Assembly (NCBI GenBank): GCA_964016885.1
Contig: OZ024744.1
Location: forward strand, 105,400,001 to 105,464,000
Source of the DNA: Eledone cirrhosa
Taxonomy: Eukaryota
DNA length: 64,000 nt
Reading direction: 5' to 3'
Part shown: positions 24,701 to 37,215 of the stretch, piece by piece
How positions within the stretch are numbered: position 1 is the first letter of the stretch
Layout of the letters: the number at the start of each line of letters is the position of its first letter
Translations under genes and position numbers: made by a program
Notes under the pieces: model-generated
What the model saw: the letters and a program-made list of their open reading frames with translations, nothing else
Database searches by the model: none
Told to the model about the DNA's origin: nothing

Positions 24701-27700
24701 GCCGTCTATGACTAGTCTGTGTCTACAGTTGTATGCCGTCTATGGCTAGTCTGTGTCTACGGTTGTATGCCGTCTATGACTAGTCTGTGTCTACAGATTT
24801 ATGCCGTCTCTGACTAGTCTGTGTCTACGGTTGTATGCCGTCTATGACTGGTCTGTGTCTACGGTTGTATGCCGTCTATGACTAGTCTGTGTCTACAGTT
24901 GTATGCCGTCTATGACTAGTCTGTGTCTACGGTTGTATGCCGTCTATGACTAGTCTGTGTCTACAGTTGTATGCCGTCTCTAACTAGTCTGTGTCTACGG
25001 TTGTATGCCATCTATGACTAGTCTGTGTCTACGGTTGTATGCCGTCTATGACTAGTCTGAGTCTACGGTTGTATGCAGTCTATGACTAGTCTGTGTCTAC
25101 AGTTGTATGCCGTCTATGACTAGTCTGTGTATACGGTTGTATGCCGTCTATGACTAGTCTGTGTCTACGGTTGTATGCCGTCTATGACTAGTCTGTGTCT
25201 ACAGTTGTATGCCGTCTATGACTAGTCTGTGTCTACGGTTGTATGCCGTCTATGACTAGTCTGTGTCTACAGTTGTATGCCGTCTCTGACTAGTCTGTGT
25301 CTACGGTTGTATGCCGTCTATGACTAGTCTGTGTCTACGGTTGTATTCCGTCTATGACTAGTCTGTGTCTACGGTTTATGCCGTCTATGACTAGTCTGTG
25401 TCTACGGTTGTATGCCATCTATGACTGGTCTGTGTGTACGGTTGTATGCCGTCTATGACTAGTCTGTGTCTACGGTTGTATGCCGTCTATGACTAGTCTG
25501 TGTGTAATGTTGTATGCCGTCTATGACTAGTCTGTGTCTACGGTTGTATGCCGTCTATGACTAGTCTGTGTCTACGCTTGTATGCCGTCTATGACTAGAA
25601 TGTGTCTACGGCTGTATGCCATCTATGACTAGTCTGTGTGTAATGTTGTATGCCGTCTATGACTAGTCTGTGTCTACGCTTGTATGCCGTCTATGACTAG
25701 TCTGTGTGTACGGTTGTATGCCGTCTATGACTAGTCTGTGTCTACGGTTGTATGCCGTCTATGACTTGTCTGTGTCTACGGTTGTATGCCCTCTTTGTCT
25801 AGTCTGTGTCTACGGTTGTATGCCGTCTATGACTAGTCTGTGTCTACTGTTGTATGCAGTCTATGACTAGTCTGTGTCTACGGTTGTATGCCGTCTATGA
25901 CTAGTCTGTGTCTACGGTTGTATGCTGTCTATGACTAGTCTGTGTCTACGGTTGTATGCCGTCTATGACTAGTCTGTGTCTACGGTTGTATGCCGTCTAT
26001 GACTAGTCTGTGTGTACGGTTGTATGCCGTCTATGTCTAGTCTGAGTCTACGGTTGTAGGCAGTCTATGACTAGTCTGTGTCTACGGTTGTATGCCGTCT
26101 ATGACTAGTCTGTGTCTACGGTTGTATGCCGTCTATGACTAGTGTGTGTCTACAGTTGTATGCCGTCTATGACTAGTCTGTGTCTACAGTTGTATGCCGT
26201 CTATGACTAGTCTGTGTCTACGGTTGTATGCCGTCTATGACTAGTCTGTGTCTACGGTTGTATGCCGTCTATGACTATTCTGTGTCAACGGTTGTATGCT
26301 GTCTATGACTAGTCTGTGTGTACGGTTGTATGCAGTCTATGACTAGTCTGTGTCTACTGTTGTATGCCGTCTGTGACTAGTCTGTGTGTACGGTTGTATG
26401 CAGTCTATGACTAGTCTGTGTCTACGGTTGTATGCCGTCTATGGCTAGTCTGTGTGTACGGTTGTATGCCGTCTATGACTAGTCTGTGTCTACGGTTGTA
26501 TGCCGTCTATGACTAGTCTGTGTCTACAGTTGTATGCCGTCTATGACTAGTCTGTGTCTACGGTTGTATGCCGTCTATGACTAGTCTGTGTCTACAGTTG
26601 TATGCCGTCTCTGACTAGTCTGTGTCTACGGTTGTATGCCGTCTATGACTAGTCTGTGTCTACGGTTGTATTCCGTCTATGACTAGTCTGTGTCTACGGT
26701 TTATGCCGTCTATGACTAGTCTGTGTCTACGGTTGTATGCCATCTATGACTAGTCTGTGTGTACGGTTGTATGCCGTCTATGACTAGTCTGTGTCTACGG
26801 TTGTATGCCGTCTATGACTAGTCTGTGTGTAATGTTGTATGCCGTCTATGACTAGTCTGTGTCTACGGTTGTATGCCGTCTATGACTAGTCTGTGTCTAC
26901 GCTTGTATGCCGTCTATGACTAGAATGTGTCTACGGCTGTATGCCATCTATGACTAGTCTGTGTGTAATGTTGTATGCCGTCTATGACTAGTCTGTGTCT
27001 ACGCTTGAATGCCGTCTATGACTAGTCTGTGTGTACGGCTGTATGCCGTCTATGACTAGTCTGTGTCTACGGTTGTATGCCGTCTATGACTTGTCTGTGT
27101 CTACGGTTGTATGCCCTCTTTGACTAGTCTGTGTCTACGGTTGTATGCCGTCTATGACTAGTCTGTGTCTACTGTTGTATGCAGTCTATGACTAGTCTGT
27201 GTCTACGGTTGTATGCCGTCTATGACTAGTCTGTGTCTACGGTTGTATGCTGTCTATGACTAGTCTGTGTCTACGGTTGTATGCCGTCTATGACTAGTCT
27301 GTGTCTACGGTTGTATGCCGTCTATGACTAGTCTGTGTCTACGGTTGTATGCCGTCTATGTCTAGTCTGAGTCTACGGTTGTAGGCAGTCTATGACTAGT
27401 CTGTGTGTACGGTTGTATGCCGTCTATGACTAGTCTGTGTCTACGGTTGTATGCCGTCTATGACTAGTGTGTGTCTACAGTTGTATGCCGTCTATGACTA
27501 GTCTGTGTCTACAGTTGTATGCCGTCTATGACTAGTCTGTGTCTACGGTTGTATGCCGTCTATGACTAGTCTGTGTCTACGGTTGTATGCCGTCTATGAC
27601 TATTCTGTGTCAACGGTTGTATGCTGTCTATGACTAGTCTGTGTGTACGGTTGTATGCAGTCTATGACTAGTCTGTGTCTACTGTTGTATGCCGTCTGTG

Positions 27701-30700
27701 ACTAGTCTGTGTGTACGGTTGTATGCAGTCTATGACTAGTCTGTGTCTACGGTTGTATGCCGTCTATGGCTAGTCTGTGTGTACGGTTGTATGCCGTCTA
27801 TGACTAGTCTGTGTCTACAGTTGTATGCCGTCTATGACTAGTCTGTGTCTACAGTTGTATGCCGTCTATGACTAGTCTGTGTCTACGGTTGTATGCCGTC
27901 TATGACTAGTCTGTGTCTACAGTTGTATGCCGTCTATGACTAGTTTGTGTCTACTGTTGTATACCGTCTATGACTAGTCTGTGTCTACGGTTGTATGCAG
28001 TCTATGACTAGTCTGTGTCTACGGTTGTATGCCGTCTATGATTAGTCTGTGTCTACGGTTGTATGCCGTCTATGACTAGTCAGTGTCTACAGTTGTATGC
28101 CGTCTATGACTAGTCTGTGTCTTCGGTTGTATGCCGTCTATGACTAGTCTGTCTACGGTTGTATGCCGTCTATGACTAGTCTGTGTCTACAGTTGTATGT
28201 CGTCTATGACTAGTCTGTGTCTACGGTTGTATGCCGTCTATGACTATTCTGTGTCTATGGTTGAATGCCGTCTATGACTAGTCTGTGTCTACGGTTGTAT
28301 GCCGTTATGACTAGTCTGATCCACGGTTGTATGCTATCTATGACTAGTCTGATCCACTGTTGTATGCCGTCTATGACTAGTCTGTGTCTTCAGTTGTGTG
28401 CCGTTTATGAGTAGTCTGTGTGTACGGTTGTATGCCGTCTATGACTAGTCTGTGTCTACGGTTGTATGCCGTCTATGACTAGTCTGTTTCTACGGTTGTA
28501 TGCCGTCTATGACTAGTCTGTGTCTACGGTTGTATGCAGTCTATGACTAGTCTGTGTGTTCGGTTGTATGCCGTCTATGACTAGTCTGAATCTACGGTTG
28601 TATGCAGTCTATGACTAGTCTGTGTCTACAGTTGTATGCCGTTTATGACTAGTCTGTGTGTACGGTTGTATGCCGTCTATGACTAGTTTGTGTCTACAGT
28701 TGTATGCCGTCTATGACTAGTCTGTGTCTACAGTTGTATACCGTCTATGACTTGTCTATGTCTACAGTTGTATGCCGTCTATCACTAGTCTGTGTCTACG
28801 GTTGTATGCCGTCTATGACTAGTCTGTGTCTACGGTTGTATGCCGTCTATGACTAGTCTGTGTCTACGGTTGTATGCTGTCTATGACTAGTCTGTGTCTA
28901 CTGCTGTATGCAGTCTATGACTAGTCTGTGTCTACGGTTGTATGCAGGCTATGACTAGTCTGTGTCTACGGTTGTATGCTGTCTATGACTAGTCTGTTTG
29001 TACGGTTGTATGCCGTCTATGACTAGTCTTTGTGTACGGTTGTATGCCGTCTATGACTAGTCTGTGTGTACGGTTGAATGCCGTCTATGACTAGTCTGTG
29101 TCTACGGTTGTATGCCGTCTATGACTAGTCTGTGTGTACGGTTGTATGCCGTCTATGACTAGTCTGTGTCTACGGTTGTATGCCGTCTATGACTACTCTG
29201 TGTCTACAGTTGTATGCCGTCTATGACTAGTCTGTGTCTACGGTTGTATGCCGTCTATGACTAGTCTGTGTCTACAGTTGTATGCCGTCTCTGACTAGTC
29301 TGTGTCTACGGTTGTATGCCGTCTATGACTAGTCTGTGTCTACGGTTGTATTCCGTCTATGACTAGTCTGTGTCTACGGTTTATGCCGTCTATGACTAGT
29401 CTGTGTCTACGGTTGTATGCCATCTATGACTAGTCTGTGTGTACGGTTGTATGCCGTCTATGACTAGTCTGTGTCTACGGTTGTATGCCGTCTATGACTA
29501 GTCTGTGTGTAATGTTGTATGCCGTCTATGACTAGTCTGTGTCTACGGTTGTATGCCGTCTATGACTAGTCTGTGTCTACGCTTGTATGCCGTCTATGAC
29601 TAGAATGTGTCTACGGCTGTATGCCATCTATGACTAGTCTGTGTGTAATGTTGTATGCCGTCTATGACTAGTCTGTGTCTACGCTTGTATGCCGTCTATG
29701 ACTAGTCTGTGTGTACGGTTGTATGCCGTCTATGACTAGTCTGTGTCTACGGTTGTATGCCGTCTATGACTTGTCTGTGTCTACGGTTGTATGCCCTCTT
29801 TGACTAGTCTGTGTCTACGGTTGTATGCCGTCTATGACTAGTCTGTGTCTACTGTTGTATGCAGTCTATGACTAGTCTGTGTCTACGGTTGTATGCCGTC
29901 TATGACTAGTCTGTGTCTACGGTTGTATGCTGTCTATGACTAGTCTGTGTCTACGGTTGTATGCCGTCTATGACTAGTCTGTGTCTACGGTTGTATGCCG
30001 TCTATGACTAGTCTGTGTCTACGGTTGTATGCCGTCTATGTCTAGTCTGAGTCTACGGTTGTAGGCAGTCTATGACTAGTCTGTGTCTACGGTTGTATGC
30101 CGTCTATGACTAGTCTGTGTCTACGGTTGTATGCCGTCTATGACTAGTGTGTGTCTACAGTTGTATGCCGTCTATGACTAGTCTGTGTCTACGGTTGTAT
30201 GCCGTCTATGACTAGTCTGTGTCTACAGTTGTATGCCGTCTCTGACTAGTCTGTGTCTACGGTTGTATGCCGTCTATGACTAGTCTGTGTCTACGGTTGT
30301 ATTCCGTCTATGACTAGTCTGTGTCTACGGTTTATGCCGTCTATGACTAGTCTGTGTCTACGGTTGTATGCCATCTATGACTAGTCTGTGTGTACGGTTG
30401 TATGCCGTCTATGACTAGTCTGTGTCTACGGTTGTATGCCGTCTATGACTAGTCTGTGTGTAATGTTGTATGCCGTCTATGACTAGTCTGTGTCTACGGT
30501 TGTATGCCGTCTATGACTAGTCTGTGTCTACGCTTGAATGCCGTCTATGACTAGAATGTGTCTACGGCTGTATGCCATCTATGACTAGTCTGTGTGTAAT
30601 GTTGTATGCCGTCTATGACTAGTCTGTGTCTACGCTTGTATGCCGTCTATGACTAGTCTGTGTGTACGGTTGTATGCCGTCTATGACTAGTCTGTGTCTA

Positions 30701-33700
30701 CGGTTGTATGCCGTCTATGACTTGTCTGTGTCTACGGTTGTATGCCCTCTTTGACTAGTCTGTGTCTACGGTTGTATGCCGTCTATGACTAGTCTGTGTC
30801 TACTGTTGTATGCAGTCTATGACTAGTCTGTGTCTACGGTTGTATGCCGTCTATGACTAGTCTGTGTCTACGGTTGTATGCTGTCTATGACTAGTCTGTG
30901 TCTACGGTTGTATGCCGTCTATGACTAGTCTGTGTCTACGGTTGTATGCCGTCTATGACTAGTCTGTGTCTACGGTTGTATGCCGTCTATGTCTAGTCTG
31001 AGTCTACGGTTGTAGGCAGTCTATGACTAGTCTGTGTCTACGGTTGTATGCCGTCTATGACTAGTCTGTGTCTACGGTTGTATGCCGTCTATGACTAGTG
31101 TGTGTCTACAGTTGTATGCCGTCTATGACTAGTCTGTGTCTACAGTTGTATGCCGTCTATGACTAGTCTGTGTCTAGGGTTGTATGCCGTCTATGACTAG
31201 TCTGTGTCTACGGTTGTATGCCGTCTATGACTATTCTGTGTCAACGGTTGTATGCTGTCTATGACTAGTCTGTGTGTACGGTTGTATGCAGTCTATGACT
31301 AGTCTGTGTCTACTGTTGTATGCCGTCTGTGACTAGTCTGTGTGTACGGTTGTATGCAGTCTATGACTAGTCTGTGTCTACGGTTGTATGCCGTCTATGG
31401 CTAGTCTGTGTGTACGGTTGTATGCCGTCTATGACTAGTCTGTGTCTACAGTTGTATGCCGTCTATGACTAGTCTGTGTCTACAGTTGTATGCCGTCTAT
31501 GACTAGTCTGTGTCTACGGTTGTATGCCGTCTATGACTAGTCTGTGTCTACAGTTGTATGCCGTCTATGACTAGTTTGTGTCTACTGTTGTATACCGTCT
31601 ATGACTAGTCTGTGTCTACGGTTGTATGCAGTCTATGACTAGTCTGTGTCTACGGTTGTATGCCGTCTATGATTAGTCTGTGTCTACGGTTGTATGCCGT
31701 CTATGACTAGTCTGTGTCTACAGTTGTATGCCGTCTATGACTAGTCTGTGTCTACGGTTGTATGCCGTCTATGACTAGTGTGTGTCTACAGTTGTATGCC
31801 GTCTATGACTAGTTTGTGTCTACTGTTGTATACCGTCTATGACTAGTCAGTGTCTACAGTTGTATGCCGTCTATGACTAGTCTGTGTCTTCGGTTGTATG
31901 CCGTCTATGACTAGTCTGTCTACGGTTGTATGCCGTCTATGACTAGTCTGTGTCTACAGTTGTATGCCGTCTATGACTAGTCTGTGTCTACGGTTGTATG
32001 CCGTCTATGACTATTCTGTGTCTATGGTTGAATGCCGTCTATGACTAGTCTGTGTCTACGGTTGTATGCCGTTATGACTAGTCTGATCCACGGTTGTATG
32101 CCGTCTATGACTAGTCTGATCCACTGTTGTATGCCGTCTATGACTAGTCTGTGTCTTCAGTTGTATGCCGTTCATGAGTAGTCTGTGTGTACGGTTGTAT
32201 GCCGTCTATGACTAGTCTGTGTCTACGGTTGTATGCCGTCTATGACTAGTCTGTGTCTACGGTTGTATGCCGTCTATGACTAGTCTGTGTCTACGGTTGT
32301 ATGCAGTCTATGACTAGTCTGTGTGTTCGGTTGTATGCCGTCTATGACTAGTCTGAATCTACGGTTGTATGCAGTCTATGACTAGTCTGTGTCTACAGTT
32401 GTATGCCGTTTATGACTAGTCTGTGTGTACGGTTGTATGCCGTCTATGACTAGTTTGTGGCTACAGTTGTATGCCGTCTATGACTAGTCTGTGTCTACAG
32501 TTGTATACCGTCTATGACTTGTCTATGTCTACAGTTGTATGCCGTCTATCACTAGTCTGTGTCTACGGTTGTATGCCGTCTATGACTAGTCTGTGTCTAC
32601 GGTTGTATGCCGTCTATGACTAGTCTGTGTCTACGGTTGTATGCTGTCTATGACTAGTCTGTGTCTACTGCTGTATGCAGTCTATGACTAGTCTGTGTCT
32701 ACGGTTGTATGCAGGCTATGACTAGTCTGTGTCTACGGTTGTATGCCGTCTATGACTAGTCTGTTTGTACGGTTGTATGCCGTCTATGACTAGTCTTTGT
32801 GTACGGTTGTATGCCGTCTATGACTAGTCTGTGTGTACGGTTGAATGCCGTCTATGACTAGTCTGTGTCTACGGTTGTATGCCGTCTATGACTAGTCTGT
32901 GTGTACGGTTGTATGCCGTCTATGACTAGTCTGTGTCTACGGTTGTATGCCGTCTGTGACTAGTCTGATCCACGGTTGTATGCCGTCTATGACTAGTCTG
33001 ATCCACGGTTGTATGCCGTCTATGACTAGTCTGTGTCTACGGTTGTATGCAGTCTATGACTAGTCAGTGTCTACGGTTGTATGGCGTCTATGACTAGTCT
33101 GTGTCTACGGTTGTATGCCATATATGACTAGTCTGTGTCTACAGTTGTATGCCATCTATGACTAGTCTGTGTCAACAGTTGTATACTGTCTATGACTAGT
33201 CTGTGTCTACGGTTGTATGCCGTCTATGACTAGTCTGTGTGTACGGTTCTATGCCGTCTATGACTAGTCTGTGTGTACGGTTGTATGCCGTCTATGACTA
33301 GTCTGTGTGTACGGTTGTATGCCGTCTATGACTAGTCTGTGTGTACGGTTGTATGCCGTCTATGACTAGTCTGAGTCTACGGTTGTATGCCGTCTATGAC
33401 TAGTCTGTGTGTACGGTTCTATGCCGGCTATGACTAGTCTGTTTCTAGGGTTGTATGCAGTCTATGACTAGTCTGTGTGTACGGTTGTATGCCGTCTATG
33501 ACTAGTCTGTGTATACGGTTGTATGCCGTCTATGACTAGTCTGTGTCTACGGCTGTATGCCGTCTATGACTAGTCTGTGTCTACAGTTGTATGCCGTCTA
33601 TGACTAGTCTGTGTCTACGGTTGTATGCTGTCTATGACTAGTCTGTGTCTACAGTTGTATGCCGTCACTGACTAGTCTGTGTCTACGGTTGTATGCCGTC

Positions 33701-36700
33701 TATGACTAGTCTGTGTCTACGGTTGTATGCCGTCTATGACTAGTCTGTGTCTACGGTTGTATGCCGTCTATGACTAGTCTGTGTCTACAGTTGTATGCCG
33801 TCTATGACTAGTCTGTGTCTACGGTTGTATGCCGTCTATGACTAGACTGTGTCTACAGATTTATGCCGTCTCTGACTAGTCTGTGTCTACGGTTGTATGC
33901 CGTCTATGACTAGTCTGTGTCTACGGTTGTATGCCGTCTATGACTAGTCTTTGTGTACGGTTGTATGCCGTCTATGACTAGTCTGTGTGTACGGTTGAAT
34001 GCCGTCTATGACTAGTCTGTGTCTACGGTTGTATGCCGTCTATGACTAGTCTGTGTGTACGGTTGTATGCCGTCTATGACTAGTCTGTGTCTACGGTTGT
34101 ATGCCGTCTATGACTAGTCTGTGTGTACGGTTGTATGCCGTCTTTGACTAGTCTGTGTGTAAGGTTGTATGCCGTCTATGACTAGTCTGAGTCTACGGTT
34201 GTATGCCGTCTATGACTAGTCTGTGTGAACGTTCTATGCCATCTATGACTAGTCTGTGTCTAGGGTTGTATGCCGTCTATGACTAGTCTGTGTGTACGGT
34301 TGTATGCCGTCTATGACTAGTCTGTGTATACGGTTGTATGCCGTCTATGACTAGTCTGGGTCTACGGTTGTATGCCGTCTATGACTAGTCTGTGTCTACG
34401 GTTGTATGCCGTCTATGACTAGTCTGTGTCTACGGTTGTATGCCGTCTATGACTAGTCTGTGTCTACAGTTGTATGCCGTCTATGACTAGTCTGTGTCTA
34501 CGGTTGTATGCCGTCTATGACTAGTCTGTGTCTACAGATTTATGCCGTCTCTGACTAGTCTGTGGCTACGGTTGTATGCCGTCTATGCCTGGTATGTGTC
34601 TACGGTTGTATGCCGTCTATGACTAGTCTGTGTCTACAGTTGTATGCCGTCTATGACTAGTCTGTGTCTACGGTTGTATCCTGTCTATGACTAGTCTGTG
34701 TCTACTGCTGTATGCAGGCTAAGACTAGTCTGTGTCTACGGTTGTATGCCGTCTATGACTAGTCTGTGTGTACGGTTGTATGCCGTCTATGACTAGTCTT
34801 TGTGTACGGTTGTATGCCGTCTATGACTAGTCTGTGTGTACGGTTGAATGCCGTCTATGACTAGTCTGTGTCTACGGTTGTATGCCGTCTATGACTAGTC
34901 TGTGTGTACGGTTGTATGCCGTCTATGACTAGTCTGTGTCTACGGTTGTATGCCGTCTATGACTAGTCTGTGTGTACGGTTGTATGCCGTCTATGACTAG
35001 TCTGTGTGTACGGTTGTATGCCGTCTATGACTAGTCTGAGTCTACGGTTGTATGCCGTCTATGACTAGTCTGTGTGTACGGTTCTATGCCGTCTATGACT
35101 AGTCTGTGTCTAGTGTTGTATGCCGTCTATGACTAGTCTGTGTGTACGGTTGTATGCAGGCTATGACTAGTCTGTGTATACGATTGTATGCCGTCTATGA
35201 CTAGTCTGTGTCTACGGTTGTATGCCGTCTATGACTAGTCTGTGTCTACAGTTGTATGCCGTCTATGACTAGTCTGTGTCTACGGTTTTATGCCGTCTAT
35301 GATAGTCTGTGTCTACAGTTGTATGCCTTCTCTGACTAGTCTGTGTCTACGGTTGTATGCCGTCTATGACTAGTCTGTGTCTACGGTTGTATGCCGTCTA
35401 TGACTAGTCTGTGTCTACGGTTGTATGCCGTCTATGACTAGTCTGTGTCTACAGTTGTATGCCGTCTATGGCTAGTCTGTGTCTACGGTTGTATGCCGTC
35501 TATGACTAGTCTGTGTCTACAGATTTATGCCGTCTCTGACTAGTCTGTGTCTACGGTTGTATGCCGTCTATGACTGGTCTGTGTCTACGGTTGTATGCCG
35601 TCTATGACTAGTCTGTGTCTACAGTTGTATGCCGTCTATGACTAGTCTGTGTCTACGGTTGTATGCCGTCTATGACTAGTCTGTGTCTACAGTTGTATGC
35701 CGTCTCTAACTAGTCTGTGTCTACGGTTGTATGCCATCTATGACTAGTCTGTGTCTACGGTTGTATGCCGTCTATGACTAGTCTGAGTCTACGGTTGTAT
35801 GCAGTCTATGACTAGTCTGTGTCTACAGTTGTATGCCGTCTATGACTAGTCTGTGTATACGGTTGTATGCCGTCTATGACTAGTCTGTGTCTACGGTTGT
35901 ATGCCGTCTATGACTAGTCTGTGTCTACAGTTGTATGCCGTCTATGACTAGTCTGTGTCTACGGTTGTATGCCGTCTATGACTAGTCTGTGTCTACAGTT
36001 GTATGCCGTCTCTGACTAGTCTGTGTCTACGGTTGTATGCCGTCTATGACTAGTCTGTGTCTACGGTTGTATTCCGTCTATGACTAGTCTGTGTCTACGG
36101 TTTATGCCGTCTATGACTAGTCTGTGTCTACGGTTGTATGCCATCTATGACTGGTCTGTGTGTACGGTTGTATGCCGTCTATGACTAGTCTGTGTCTACG
36201 GTTGTATGCCGTCTATGACTAGTCTGTGTGTAATGTTGTATGCCGTCTATGACTAGTCTGTGTCTACGGTTGTATGCCGTCTATGACTAGTCTGTGTCTA
36301 CGCTTGTATGCCGTCTATGACTAGAATGTGTCTACGGCTGTATGCCATCTATGACTAGTCTGTGTGTAATGTTGTATGCCGTCTATGACTAGTCTGTGTC
36401 TACGCTTGTATGCCGTCTATGACTAGTCTGTGTGTACGGTTGTATGCCGTCTATGACTAGTCTGTGTCTACGGTTGTATGCCGTCTATGACTTGTCTGTG
36501 TCTACGGTTGTATGCCCTCTTTGTCTAGTCTGTGTCTACGGTTGTATGCCGTCTATGACTAGTCTGTGTCTACTGTTGTATGCAGTCTATGACTAGTCTG
36601 TGTCTACGGTTGTATGCCGTCTATGACTAGTCTGTGTCTACGGTTGTATGCTGTCTATGACTAGTCTGTGTCTACGGTTGTATGCCGTCTATGACTAGTC

Positions 36701-37215
36701 TGTGTCTACGGTTGTATGCCGTCTATGACTAGTCTGTGTGTACGGTTGTATGCCGTCTATGTCTAGTCTGAGTCTACGGTTGTAGGCAGTCTATGACTAG
36801 TCTGTGTCTACGGTTGTATGCCGTCTATGACTAGTCTGTGTCTACGGTTGTATGCCGTCTATGACTAGTGTGTGTCTACAGTTGTATGCCGTCTATGACT
36901 AGTCTGTGTCTACAGTTGTATGCCGTCTATGACTAGTCTGTGTCTACGGTTGTATGCCGTCTATGACTAGTCTGTGTCTACGGTTGTATGCCGTCTATGA
37001 CTATTCTGTGTCAACGGTTGTATGCTGTCTATGACTAGTCTGTGTGTACGGTTGTATGCAGTCTATGACTAGTCTGTGTCTACTGTTGTATGCCGTCTGT
37101 GACTAGTCTGTGTGTACGGTTGTATGCAGTCTATGACTAGTCTGTGTCTACGGTTGTATGCCGTCTATGGCTAGTCTGTGTGTACGGTTGTATGCCGTCT
37201 ATGACTAGTCTGTGT
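15735..37215. repeat. ~10.7-kb tandem duplication (~15735-26460 and ~26460-37215)
   Basis: Marker pairs: ACGGTTTATG 15971/26696, GACTACTCT 18466/29191 (offset 10725), TCATGAG 21311/32172 (10861), GAACGTTCTA 23501/34227 (10726). Confidence 0.92.
18500..20400. repeat. Tandem duplication, period 951 bp (28 monomers), also present at ~29.2-31.1 kb, ~56.4-58.3 kb and ~60.0-61.9 kb
   Basis: ACGGTTTAT at 18651 and 19602, and CTAGAATG at 18875 and 19826. 951 = 28x34 - 1. Confidence 0.88.
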
